A stretch of DNA of 64,000 bases, from the NCBI GenBank assembly GCA_963761335.1, contig CAVXGR010000005.1, forward strand, positions 32,001-96,000, in the 5' to 3' direction. The position numbers and the translations under genes are program-made. Within the stretch, counting starts at the first letter, position 1. Each line of letters opens with the position of its first letter. Origin of the DNA: an uncultured delta proteobacterium (GTDB lineage Bacteria > Desulfobacterota > Binatia > HRBIN30 > BPIQ01). Below the pieces are notes generated by a model. That model made no database searches and was not told the origin of the DNA. It was given only the letters and a program-made list of their open reading frames with translations. Positions 28,647 to 38,622 of this stretch are shown piece after piece.

Positions 28647-30178
28647 ATGTCGAGCGGCACTGGAGAGCCAAGCAAGATCCGGAAGGAGCGGGATTTCTAC
28701 ATCCGGCTCCTGGATCTTGCCGACCACGATGATCTGGACGAACTGCTGCGCGAGGCCCTGAGCCTGATCGTCGAGATCAGCGAAGCGCGCCAAGGCTACC
28801 TCGAGGTCGTCGACGAAGAGGGGAGCGGCGAAGCCCGCTGGTCGATCGCCCATGGTCTCTCGGCTGCGGATCTGCAGAATGTCCGCCAGACGCTTTCGCG
28901 CGGGATCATCGCCGAGGCGATGACCTCGGGGCGGACGATCACGACCCCGTCGGCGCTGCTCGATTCGCGCTTCGCCGACCGCGACAGCGTGCGGCTCCGA
29001 CAGATCGAGGCGGTGCTCTGCACGCCGATCAGGCCAGGATCCGCCGCGGGGAGTCCTCTATCTCGAAGGGGCCGCCGGCACCTCCTTGTTCTCGGATGAC
29101 GGTCAGGCGCGGGCGGAGCTGTTCGCTCGCCGACTGGAGCCGTACGTCGACCGCCTGCTCGCCCGACGTCGTGCCGAGCAGCACGGGGACCGCACCCTGC
29201 CGGCGCGGGCAAAGCTGCGCCTGGACGGGGTCGTCGGTCGCAGTGCGGCGCTGGCCGGAGACGGTGCCCTCGACCAGATCGCCATGGTTGCTCGGCTCGA
29301 GGTGGCGGTGCTGTTCAGCGGCGAATCGGGTACCGGCAAGACGCAGCTGGCCCAGGTGATCCACGACAACAGCGCTCGCGCCGCGGGTCCCTTCGTGCAG
29401 CTGAACTGCGCGGCGCTGCCCGAGACCCTGATCGAGAGCGAGTTCTTCGGCGCGCTCCCCGGGGCCCATTCCACGGCGACCCGGCGGGTCGAGGGGAAGA
29501 TCGCGGCCGCCGAGGGCGGCACCCTGTCCTCGACGAAGTCAGCAGATTTGCCACTCGCCTCTCAGGGCAGACTCCTCGAGGTCCTGCACTCGAAGCGATA
29601 CTATCCGCTCGGCAGCGGCAGCCCAGAACGCGTCCGCGGGACGTCCGGGTGATCGCGGCGACCAACGTCGACCTCGAGCGCGCCGTGGCGGAGCGCACCT
29701 CCGCCAGGATCTCTTCTACCGCCTCCACGTGCTCCCCATTCGCGTCCCCTCGCTCGCCGAGCGCAAGGAGGACATTGGAGCGCTGGCGGATCGCTTCTGC
29801 GAGATCGCCTGCGGACGCCACGGGTTGCCGCGCTTGACGCTGTCGCACAATGCGCGCCGGGCGGCCGAAGCGGCTGCCTGGCCGGGCAACGTGCGGCAGC
29901 TGAGCCATGCGATCGAGGCGGCCGTCATCCGCGCCGCCGGCGCCGACGCGACGGAGATCGGTGTCCGCCACCTCTTTCCCGAGGCGCAGGAGCCTCCCGC
30001 CTCCGCTGGCAGGCCGACGTTTCAAGAGGCGACTCGGCGATTCCAGCGCGAGCTGATCCAGGCGGCGCTCGAACGCAACCAGTGGAACGTGACCGATACG
30101 GCTCGAGAGCTCGACATGGCGCGTTCCCATCTCTACGGCCTCATCCGCGGTCTGGAAATCGTTCGCAGCGATCGGTGA
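28647..30178 (+). pseudogene. sigma54-dependent enhancer-binding protein (GAF-AAA+-Fis HTH), multiple frameshifts
   Basis: GAF (SRGIIAEAM..G.TI.TPSA..DSRF), GESGTGKT, LNCAALPETLIESE, IAATNVDL, WPGNVRQL, C-terminal HTH WNVTDTARELDMARSHLY. Confidence 0.85.
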
Positions 30179-30218
30179 GGAGCATTCGCGTTCGTCGGTC
30201 ACACGCAGCGGGTGGCTC

Positions 30219-32360
30219 TCAGCTTCGCAGGTCGAAGTCTCGTTCCGCGAAGACCATGTCGACGAGGCGTTCTCCGGTGATTTGGTAGGATGTCCCCGTG
30301 AAGTCGTCGCGGACGCTCAGCGACAGATCCACCTGCGGGCACACGGCGTCTTTGAGAACTGCCTCCGGGGTGGTCCAGTAGACGAGGAGCTTCCTCTCCT
30401 GCGTCGACGAGTCGACCACGGAGGCGAGCTTTCTGATCTGCGGATGCTGCGGGCTCGAGTCGCGGAAGAGCGAGATCGCACCGTTGCACAGGTCGATCAC
30501 GAAGGAGTCAGGCTCGACTCGCCCGCGAATCATCCGCACCTCACCATCGATCTTCAGCTCGGCGACGTCGTCATACAAGGCGAGAGTCTTGATGACATTG
30601 AGCCTGCCGCCGTGGAACACGGCGTTGCTGAGATCCGCAGAAACGTCCGCCCCCTCGAGCACGCGTTGCTTCAGCTGATAGGGTTTGGCGCCGAGCCAGA
30701 AGGCGCGGAGCAGCGCACCGGTGAAGGACACCAGGGGCGCGGCGAAGGACGTCCCCGACACCTGCACTGGTGCGAATGCATTCACTGCGTCATCGTATCG
30801 GAGCACCTCCTGGCTGCAGCCGGGCGCGGCGATGTCGACGTAATCGCTGCCCCAGTTCGAGAATTTTGCCATGGAATGGCCATGATCCAGGGCGCCCACA
30901 GTGATAAGGTTGTCCCGACCCTCGTTGTCACCGCCGTAGCGCGCCGGGTACACGGACATCGTGGCGAGTGACGCCCCGTCGTTGCCGGCTGCAACCACAA
31001 ACAGCACGGAGCTCTGCCGTCCGAGCTGGTCCCTCACGGCACCCATGGGAACGGGGCGGCCGACACTGAGATTGAGGATCGCGTTGCGCGACTTGTCGAT
31101 GGCGTTGTTGAAGGCCTCCGTTCTGACCTCAATGCGCCGGCAGGCAGAGTGCTCCGTGACCGTACATGGACGCGGATCTTCTCGGAAGATGTTGATGGGA
31201 ATCAGCTTGAAGTCGAGGGGAAGCACGGGCAGGAGCTTCGCGAAATCGATGCCGCCCAGTGCCAGGGTCGCCACGAACGTCCCGTGCTGGCTCGACGGAG
31301 AACCGGCGATGGGAAAGTAGTCGACGGAATCGTTGAATCTCTCCTTCGGCGGGAACGGCGATCCGCCGTTCGTGTGCAAGCCCGTGTCCGCGATGATGAT
31401 CGTCACTCGGTCCGGGTCGGAGTCGAACCTGGACCGCAGCGCCTTCCGGTCGTCGGCCAATACCTGCAGTAGCTCGACGGTGTCGAACGGACGCTCCCCG
31501 GAAGGCGAACGGCAGGCCCCCCAGTGATCCAGCTCTGCCGCAGATAGGTTCGAGTACAGCTTGATCTCCTCCGGATCCTCGACCTTCACCGTCGACGGCG
31601 GCTGTCCGCCCTCGACGAGCAACTGCGGCAACCGAGCCGCGACCTCGGCAAACGGCTCGTTGAGGTCCAGCGACGTCCACACCGCCGGGGACGTGGGCAC
31701 GTTGACCGGCTTGCCTGCGGCAATGATCCCCGAGGTCGCGTATTGCGGGTTGAGCAAGGCGAAGGTGTCCAGATAGGTCGGAGATTCCACGCCTCGCACG
31801 ATATCCGCATCGCCGCCGGTGTCCCCGGCGAGCAGGTCGTGATCGCTGTACGACACCAGGGCGGGAACGGCGGAGGCGGATGCCGTGCCGGCGGAGGGGA
31901 TGGAGGTGCGGCGCGAGCGGAAGTCGCGGAAACCCGCGGGGTCGCTCTTGAAGAGCTTCCAGGGGATGTCGTCTGTTGCCGCTCTCTTCTTCCGCTCGAC
32001 GGAATAGGAGGGCAGCTTCAGACACGCCGGTAGTTGCACCGGTCCATCGGAGACGAACCTGGCCCTGGAGTCGACCTGTCCTGCCAGGCCGGCCGGTGGG
32101 CTCTTGCGGAGCAGGTCGAGATAGTGCTCGTCGAGGCGTCCGCACGCCGCGGAGACGACCGCGCCGAGTGTCTGGCCGGCGCGCGCCTGGACCTCCAGGG
32201 GCTTGCCGATCCGAGCGACGTACTGGACGACCTTCTCGTCGATGGCATTGCTGTCGACGAACAGGGTGATGCGGTCCTGTGCACGCGCCGGTCGTGCGGC
32301 GGCGGCGGCGAAGGCTCCCGCGGCGGCCAGAAGCAGTACTGACCGACGACTCGCTGTCAT
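30219..32360 (-). CDS. S8 (subtilisin-like) serine peptidase with a Tat signal and a long N-terminal extension
   Basis: MTASRRSVLLL...ARA signal; triad IIIADTG / HGTFVA / GTSFAAP; oxyanion motif AAGNDG. Confidence 0.88.
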   Translation of the reverse strand: MTASRRSVLLLAAAGAFAAAAARPARAQDRITLFVDSNAIDEKVVQYVARIGKPLEVQARAGQTLGAVVSAACGRLDEHYLDLLRKSPPAGLAGQVDSRARFVSDGPVQLPACLKLPSYSVERKKRAATDDIPWKLFKSDPAGFRDFRSRRTSIPSAGTASASAVPALVSYSDHDLLAGDTGGDADIVRGVESPTYLDTFALLNPQYATSGIIAAGKPVNVPTSPAVWTSLDLNEPFAEVAARLPQLLVEGGQPPSTVKVEDPEEIKLYSNLSAAELDHWGACRSPSGERPFDTVELLQVLADDRKALRSRFDSDPDRVTIIIADTGLHTNGGSPFPPKERFNDSVDYFPIAGSPSSQHGTFVATLALGGIDFAKLLPVLPLDFKLIPINIFREDPRPCTVTEHSACRRIEVRTEAFNNAIDKSRNAILNLSVGRPVPMGAVRDQLGRQSSVLFVVAAGNDGASLATMSVYPARYGGDNEGRDNLITVGALDHGHSMAKFSNWGSDYVDIAAPGCSQEVLRYDDAVNAFAPVQVSGTSFAAPLVSFTGALLRAFWLGAKPYQLKQRVLEGADVSADLSNAVFHGGRLNVIKTLALYDDVAELKIDGEVRMIRGRVEPDSFVIDLCNGAISLFRDSSPQHPQIRKLASVVDSSTQERKLLVYWTTPEAVLKDAVCPQVDLSLSVRDDFTGTSYQITGERLVDMVFAERDFDLRS

Positions 32361-32391
32361 GGGCCCAGACTCCCTTGCAGACGTCGGCCGC

Positions 32392-33249
32392 CTAGAGCGG
32401 CCGGCAGCCCTTTGCGGTGCTCTCGAGCCCGCAGATGGAGACGCCGTGATCGCGCGCAAACTGGTCCGCCCACTTCCAGAACCCTTCGACGCTCGTCGTG
32501 GACACGAACGAGACGCGGGCGATGTCGCCCCGAGAGTTGACGCCCATGAGCACGCGCCGAGTCTTCGCCTGGTTGAGAAACAGGAAAGCGCCCGCACCGC
32601 TGTCGCCGTAGCACACGGCGGCGCCACCCTCGGCCCGCGTGTAGTAGCTACCGGCGGCCGGGATCTCGGTGATCGGCGCGTCGCCTTCGTAGAGAACGCC
32701 GAAGCCGGCGTCGGATCCGCCCTTTGCATTGCAGCCGAAGCCGAGAAGATGAAGGTCTCGGCCCTTTACCAGCGCGGTGCCGACCTTGTCGACATTTTCC
32801 GCGACGATCTCCTGCAGAGGTTGATCCGTGACGCACAAGGCGAAGTCTGGCGAGACCTTTGCCGCCCAATCCGGATCATTCGTCGCGACCCCGTCCCGAT
32901 AGCCCGGGTGTCGATAGCAGGAAGTCCTGATCGTCTTGTTCTTCCAATCGACGACCCCTACGCCCTTGTCGGCGATGCAATGTGCGGCCGTCAGGATCAC
33001 TCGTTCACCGACGGCCGTGCTGGTACAGCCTCGGCCCTCCGGGTCGAGAAAGACGAAGGTCGCCGGCCAATCGGCGGGGACTGCCTTCGTGCCGCCGATG
33101 ATCTTCGGCTCCGCGGTGTCATCGGCATACAGCTTCGCCGGCCGCATGGTGAACGCCGTTTGCTCGGCCAGGGATGTCGCGACGCTCGCGGGAATGATTG
33201 TCAGACATGCCAGGACCGCGATCAGCTCGAGTGTTGCTCGGGGCTTCAT
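32392..33249 (-). CDS. Secreted S1 (chymotrypsin/trypsin-fold) serine protease
   Basis: Signal peptide, mature N-terminus IIGG, LTAAHC, DFAL, CYGDSG. Confidence 0.9.
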   Translation of the reverse strand: MKPRATLELIAVLACLTIIPASVATSLAEQTAFTMRPAKLYADDTAEPKIIGGTKAVPADWPATFVFLDPEGRGCTSTAVGERVILTAAHCIADKGVGVVDWKNKTIRTSCYRHPGYRDGVATNDPDWAAKVSPDFALCVTDQPLQEIVAENVDKVGTALVKGRDLHLLGFGCNAKGGSDAGFGVLYEGDAPITEIPAAGSYYTRAEGGAAVCYGDSGAGAFLFLNQAKTRRVLMGVNSRGDIARVSFVSTTSVEGFWKWADQFARDHGVSICGLESTAKGCRPL

Positions 33250-33290
33250 CTGCGTATCTCTCCTTCCCTCGACGGGGTTGTCCGGCCCAG

Positions 33291-34622
33291 TCACGGAGCC
33301 GCAGGGCTGGCCGGATTGGCCTTCAGGGTGTCGATTTCCTGCTGCACCTTCAGGATGTCGCGCTGCGCTTCGACGATGCTCTTCTGGCTGGCGGCCAGAG
33401 CTTCGTCCTTCGAGGCATAGTCGACCTTGAGCTGCAGCATTTCCGCGGGGATGGAGACGATCTCCTTGGCGATCCCCGTGAGTGTCGTCACCACGCCGAA
33501 GATCTCGCTGGGGCGAGTAGCGTTGCGGCTGGTGAGCATGCCGTCGGTGAAGGCGACGTCGTACTTCGTGCGAACGAGCAGCCCGCTCTGGAACGGCACG
33601 ATGGCGAGAGGGCCGCCATTGGGAAGGTCGATCTCGATGGTCCGCAGCGCTGTGCAAGCGCCAGTGCAGTCCAGCAGCGCGATCCGGTAGGGCAGCGGGG
33701 TCCTGTACACGAGCCCGTCGATCTTCTCAGGCAGCGGCGGCATATCGGGTGCTTCTCCGGCATCTGACTGGAGAGGACAGTCTTCCTTGCCGTCGACGCC
33801 GGCGCAGACGCGGTACGTGGTGCCGAGATTCACGAGAGCCGTGTTCACCCGGGCGATCTCTGCCGGGGCGGCGGGATCGAAGACGTCCTCGTAAGTGAAC
33901 GCCTTCGGAGTGAACGCCTCCGGCTCTTTCGGCTTGCGTTCAACCATGACCGCCTTCGCGATCTCGCTCGCCAGCGAGGCCACTTGGATCAAGATGTCGC
34001 CGGTTCGGTCCGCGGCAACGACGTTCGCCGTGGTCAGCAAACCGCTCGGGGTTGTCGCCAGCGTCAGCTCGTCATCTCGGTTGGGCCAATGGTTCAAGTC
34101 GGCGACGAATCGATGCCGCGGGTCCGGCTCTGCCGGCAGAAGCGCGAGGGTGATCTGGTCGAGAAACTGCGCTTGATCCTCTCCCGCGGCGAGAAGGACA
34201 GACATCGCCGAGTTGTAGTCGGCGGTCGCCGCGTCCGCTTGCTTGGTCGCAGCTCGTACCGCGGTCTCCGCGAGCGCCAGACGCTTCTTCGCCTCTCCTA
34301 CGGCGTCCCCTTCGGCACTATCGGCGAACGATTTTGCCGCGGCGAGAGAGCGTTTTGCATCCTGTAGGGCCTGGTTTGCGTCGCTCATTTTGGACTCGGC
34401 GTCCTTGGCCTTGCGCACCAGTCCCGCCTTGTCGGTCAGCGCACGGACGACCTTGATGGAGATCCGCTTCTTCGGGAGATAGTAGACGATCCCCGGATTG
34501 TCGTCCGACAGATCCTTCTTGTTGCCCATTCCGGGATACGTGTGACTGACCACTGTCGGTCCGCAGGCGGCGGCGCCAGCGGCGAGGCTGGTGATGAGCA
34601 TCACGGCAAGTTTCGCATTCAT
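33291..34622 (-). CDS. Lipoprotein of unknown function with coiled-coil segments
   Basis: Lipobox AAA-C after MNAKLAVML; AAGGAG RBS; GIVYYLPK and F.DGMLTS segments; Ala/Lys-rich heptads. Confidence 0.75.
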   Translation of the reverse strand: MNAKLAVMLITSLAAGAAACGPTVVSHTYPGMGNKKDLSDDNPGIVYYLPKKRISIKVVRALTDKAGLVRKAKDAESKMSDANQALQDAKRSLAAAKSFADSAEGDAVGEAKKRLALAETAVRAATKQADAATADYNSAMSVLLAAGEDQAQFLDQITLALLPAEPDPRHRFVADLNHWPNRDDELTLATTPSGLLTTANVVAADRTGDILIQVASLASEIAKAVMVERKPKEPEAFTPKAFTYEDVFDPAAPAEIARVNTALVNLGTTYRVCAGVDGKEDCPLQSDAGEAPDMPPLPEKIDGLVYRTPLPYRIALLDCTGACTALRTIEIDLPNGGPLAIVPFQSGLLVRTKYDVAFTDGMLTSRNATRPSEIFGVVTTLTGIAKEIVSIPAEMLQLKVDYASKDEALAASQKSIVEAQRDILKVQQEIDTLKANPASPAAP

Positions 34623-34664
34623 GGTCGTCTCCTTGTCTGTTCTCTCAGTGGAGGTGAGGGTACA

Positions 34665-34706
34665 CGCCGCTCCCCGCCCGGCGGTTCCGCCGGGCGGGGA
34701 GCGGCG
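34665..34706. terminator. Perfect 20-bp GC hairpin between the TSP3 gene and the lipoprotein gene
   Basis: CGCCGCTCCCCGCCCGGCGG-TT-CCGCCGGGCGGGGAGCGGCG; no U-tract on the minus strand. Confidence 0.5.
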
Positions 34707-34722
34707 GGCTTCGGTTGGATCG

Positions 34723-37700
34723 TCACCAGCCCTGGTACGGCTGCGTGACCACGCTGGCGGATTTGGCGATGCGCACCCGCGAGCTGGACAGCAGCTGGCC
34801 GGTGACGACGGCGTCGTGCCCGAGAACCACGTTCCCGGTGCCCAGGATGGTACCCGAGAGCTGGGCGCGGGCAGCCAGCTTGGTGCGCTGGCCAACCATG
34901 AAGACGACGCGCTCGGGTGTCAGTCCGGGCCCGAGCTCGATGCTGGCGTCAGAGCGCAGCGTCAGATTGCGCGCCACCCGCACGATGACTTCGGTGGTGG
35001 CCGGATCCGGAGTGAGCAGCAGGCTGCTGCGCGCCCCGACGACGAGTTGGTCCACGTCGATCACGTTCTGGCCGGCGCCGAGCGCCACCGCGTGTGGAGT
35101 GCCGCTCGGAATCTTCAGCAGGCCCAGCGACTGCGTCGCCGCCAGCGAGGCGAGGGCTGCCTGCCGCTCCGCGGCCCGGCTGCTGGCGGCGGCGCAGCGC
35201 GCCAAGCGGGAGTCGCTGCCGGTGATGTCGACGATACCGCCGACGACTGCGCGTTTGCGGAGAACGACCGCCCCACCAGCGGTCACGGCGTCGCCGTCGA
35301 TGCTGGCGTCGGCGGCAAGCACGATCGCCTTGCCGGTCGATGCCGTCGCCACGGCATCGCTGCCGCTGATCGCCGCATTGCGGCCGAGTCGAACGACGTC
35401 CGTGCACACGCCGGCGTCCACGGTGGCGTTGGTGGCGAGGACGGAGAGCACCGCCTTGTCGGTGGTCTCCGGCCACCGCAGGACTGCAAAATCACCGGTG
35501 ACGATCTCACCGACACAGGCTCCCGCACCGTTACATTGGTCGATCGTACCGGGGTCCCCGTCGTTACAGGCGGTTCCCGATGGGTCGTTGCAGCTGCCGG
35601 CGGCTTCATTGCAGGTGCCGGCGCATGGCGGGCCTCCGATGCAGGGGTCGCCGCTGTGCGCCGTGCAGGCACCCGCCGAGCACGCGTCCGCCCCGTCGCA
35701 GTAGAGGCCGTCGTTACATGCACTGCCGTCCGGATCCATCGTGCAGTTGGGCGTGCAGCAGTCTCCGCTAGCCGCATTGCCGTCGTCGCACTGCTCGCCC
35801 ACCTGCACGGTACCACTGCCGCAGTCGCAGAGGTCGCCGATGTTGTCCCCGTCGGCATCCTCCTGTCCCGGATTGGCGAGGTTGCGGCAGTTGTCGCAAA
35901 CGTCGCCGACGCCGTCGCCGTCGGCGTCGGCCTGGGAGCTGTTCGCCACGGCGGGGCAGTTGTCGCAGTCGTCGCCGACGCCGTCGCCGTCGCTGTCCTG
36001 TTGCGTGGGGTTGGCCGCCACGGGGCAGTTGTCGATCGGGTCGCAGATGCCGTCGCCGTCGCCGTCGGCGGCCCCGAAGCCGACGCAGCTATCGCAGTCG
36101 TCACCGAAGCCGTCGCTGTCACTGTCCGCCTGCGTCGGATTGGCGACCGCCGGACAGTTGTCGATGGGGTCGCAGACTCCGTCGCCATCGCTGTCCGCAG
36201 CGCCGACGCCGACGCATGCGTCACAGGCGTCACCGATGCCATCGAGATCGGCATCGTCCTGCGTCGGGTTGGCGACAGCCGGGCAGTTGTCGAGGCCGTC
36301 GCAGATCCCATCGGCATCGCCATCGGTTGTTCCCGGGCCGGCACAGGCGTCGCAGGCATCGCCGATTCCGTCGCCATCGGCATCCTCCTGAGCCGGGTTG
36401 GCGAGCGAAGGGCAGTTGTCGAGGCAATCCACAATGCCGTCGCCGTCCTGGTCATCGGTCATCGCCGCCGTCGGCGAGTAGCGAACCGCCTGATTCACGA
36501 GATTCAGCCGCGCCGGTCCGCCCCAGCGGAGACCGACGGTGCCCGCTTGATTCTCGATGCCGGCGCTCGTGCCGGGCAAGCCGCCGTCGGAGTGAACGTA
36601 CTGCACCAGCACCTGATCCGAGCCCTCCTCGAGGACGAACTCGAAAGTGCTGCGGTTGGAAGTGCCGCAGCACACCGGGACTTCGCTGAACTGAACGATG
36701 AACTGGCGCGCCGGCGGCGCACCGATGGTCTGATAGTAGATTGCCCCGTTCGGCGGATAGAGATCCGTCCACAAGCCGGCGATGGTGGCGTTGGGCGACC
36801 CATTTCCGGGAAGGGGACCACCGCTGCAGCAGCCCTGCGATTGACCCGGCAGGAAGGTCAGGAAACCGTTGCTGGAGACGTAGACCTGGGCGTATGGGAC
36901 GCCGTAGTAGTCGAAGGTGAAGCCGATCGGGAGGGCGGCGCTCACCTGATCGTCGCCCAGAGACAGCGGAGTCCCCGTGGCGGTGATGTCGACGAACGAG
37001 AAGGTCGGCTCGCTGCCGTCGGGAGGCGCGAGGGTGTCCGACGCCGTGTAGCAACCAGCGGTATCCGTTTGCCGCTGCGCGTCGCAGTCGTCGGAAGTGC
37101 CGTTGCCGTTGTCGTCGGGGGCGCTACAGGGATCGCAGGCGTCGCCGATGCCGTCGTGGTCGGCATCCTCCTGTCCGGGATTGGAAACACCGGGACAGTT
37201 GTCGCAGGCGTCATCGACCAGGTCTCCGTCGGTGTCGACGGTGTCGGGATCGCAGCTGTCGCCGCGGCCATCGTTATCGCAGTCCGTCTGCGCCGCATTG
37301 GCGATGCTCGGGCAATTGTCTGCGGCATCACAGACACCGTCGCCGTCGCTGTCGCTCGGACCCGGGCCGACGCACGCGTCGCATGCGTCGCCGATGCCAT
37401 CCCCGTCGCTGTCCGCCTGGGTCGGATTGGAGACGGGGCAGTTGTCGCAGGCGTCGGTAACGCCGTCTCCATCCGCATCGACCGTATCCGCATCGCAAGC
37501 ATCGCCGATGCCGTCGAGATCGCAATCGGTCTGCGAGGGATTGTAGGCGGCTGGACAGTTGTCACAGACGTCGACGACGCCGTCGCCATCGGTGTCCGTC
37601 GGGGATTGGGAGCAGATACCGACGTCGTTGGTGGCGGCATCGAGAACGTTCAACCATCCGGAGTCGGCGGTGCCGAGCGGCGCGGCGTCGTACCAGTCCC

Positions 37701-38343
37701 AGCCGAGAAAGACGATGCGGCCCGCACCATAGGTCATACGGGCGACGGTGACACCTGTGGCGTTTTGATAGAGAGCGAGGGATCCGGGTGGCAAGCTCGC
37801 TGCTCCCAGGCTCGCGGTGGCGCTGAAGGCAATGAGCGACGCCGGACCGCCCGCGAACGGGGTTCCGGTAGCGGCAGCCGTGAGCGAACCCCCATCGCTG
37901 TTGGTCGGCAAGGTCACTGACGTGAGTGAAAAGCCGAAGATGGAATCGAGTAGGTCCTCGTCTCGCGTGCGATGCCCGTTCTTGATCAGCCCTCCACCCC
38001 CGGCGACAAAATTGGCAATGACGGTCCGGGCCGCCGGACTGAGCGCGGCATTGAGGTCGCCAACCTCGGTCTCGGGAATCAAGAGGATATCCTTGCCGGC
38101 CAGGGCGGTGGCGAAATCCGTGTCGGCGATACCCGTGAACGTCGTCACCGTATGGCCGAGTGCAGTCAGAGACGCCTGCACCGTGTCGGATTCGCTCGAC
38201 GGGCCGCCGACCGTGTCGACGTAAGCCCCGTTGTCAAAGACCACAATGTTCGCCGCCGTCACTGGCCCGGTAACGGCGAAAAAGACTGCGGCCAGCACCA
38301 CTGCCGCAACTCGCCGTGGGTTGCGAGTTATCCGATTGTCCAT
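34723..38343 (-). CDS. Large secreted thrombospondin type-3 repeat protein with Cys-rich (DUF4215-like) and C-terminal beta-helix-like domains
   Basis: Signal peptide; many DxDGDGxGDACDNCP..NP.Q repeats; [16 protein letters not shown]...CC; RBS AAGGAGG. Confidence 0.88.
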   Translation of the reverse strand: MDNRITRNPRRVAAVVLAAVFFAVTGPVTAANIVVFDNGAYVDTVGGPSSESDTVQASLTALGHTVTTFTGIADTDFATALAGKDILLIPETEVGDLNAALSPAARTVIANFVAGGGGLIKNGHRTRDEDLLDSIFGFSLTSVTLPTNSDGGSLTAAATGTPFAGGPASLIAFSATASLGAASLPPGSLALYQNATGVTVARMTYGAGRIVFLGWDWYDAAPLGTADSGWLNVLDAATNDVGICSQSPTDTDGDGVVDVCDNCPAAYNPSQTDCDLDGIGDACDADTVDADGDGVTDACDNCPVSNPTQADSDGDGIGDACDACVGPGPSDSDGDGVCDAADNCPSIANAAQTDCDNDGRGDSCDPDTVDTDGDLVDDACDNCPGVSNPGQEDADHDGIGDACDPCSAPDDNGNGTSDDCDAQRQTDTAGCYTASDTLAPPDGSEPTFSFVDITATGTPLSLGDDQVSAALPIGFTFDYYGVPYAQVYVSSNGFLTFLPGQSQGCCSGGPLPGNGSPNATIAGLWTDLYPPNGAIYYQTIGAPPARQFIVQFSEVPVCCGTSNRSTFEFVLEEGSDQVLVQYVHSDGGLPGTSAGIENQAGTVGLRWGGPARLNLVNQAVRYSPTAAMTDDQDGDGIVDCLDNCPSLANPAQEDADGDGIGDACDACAGPGTTDGDADGICDGLDNCPAVANPTQDDADLDGIGDACDACVGVGAADSDGDGVCDPIDNCPAVANPTQADSDSDGFGDDCDSCVGFGAADGDGDGICDPIDNCPVAANPTQQDSDGDGVGDDCDNCPAVANSSQADADGDGVGDVCDNCRNLANPGQEDADGDNIGDLCDCGSGTVQVGEQCDDGNAASGDCCTPNCTMDPDGSACNDGLYCDGADACSAGACTAHSGDPCIGGPPCAGTCNEAAGSCNDPSGTACNDGDPGTIDQCNGAGACVGEIVTGDFAVLRWPETTDKAVLSVLATNATVDAGVCTDVVRLGRNAAISGSDAVATASTGKAIVLAADASIDGDAVTAGGAVVLRKRAVVGGIVDITGSDSRLARCAAASSRAAERQAALASLAATQSLGLLKIPSGTPHAVALGAGQNVIDVDQLVVGARSSLLLTPDPATTEVIVRVARNLTLRSDASIELGPGLTPERVVFMVGQRTKLAARAQLSGTILGTGNVVLGHDAVVTGQLLSSSRVRIAKSASVVTQPYQGW

Positions 38344-38455
38344 TCCGTCCTCCTTGTCCGTCGCTGTGAGTACTTGACCGGCGAGGGCTTCTCGGTTGCG
38401 CGACGAACGCAATTGTCCGTCTCGTCGAGGCCTCGCGCCGTCGCCGTGTCGGCGG

Positions 38456-38471
38456 AGCATGGCGGATGCCA
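38456..38471 (-). promoter_or_regulatory. Putative sigma54 promoter of the TSP3 surface-protein gene
   Basis: Minus strand TGGCAT-CCGCC-ATGCT with correct spacing, about 113 bp upstream of ATG 38343. Confidence 0.5.
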
Positions 38472-38622
38472 GCCGGCACGGCGCTGGCGACGTCGGGTTT
38501 CAGCAGGCTTGGTGTCCGGGCCAGCGGACGGCGGCTCCGCTGCCGTCCGCTGTGGTGGACGGCGGCCCCGGATTCTCGAGCCGGCTTGTGCGGCGGCCGG
38601 AAGCGGCGTACCGGTGAAGGCG

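Noticed and set aside
22300..29750. Programmed ribosomal frameshifting as the cause of the split genes
   Set aside because: There are too many breaks in unrelated genes on both strands, and no consistent slippery motif was seen.
34591..37920. 1109-aa plus-strand ORF
   Set aside because: It is the antisense shadow of the TSP3 gene: V/A-rich with no motifs, as expected from GC-biased codon usage.
17058..38343. Prophage or integrative element explaining the accessory block
   Set aside because: No integrase, transposase, tRNA target or att-like direct repeats were recognised, so the island status rests on gene content only.
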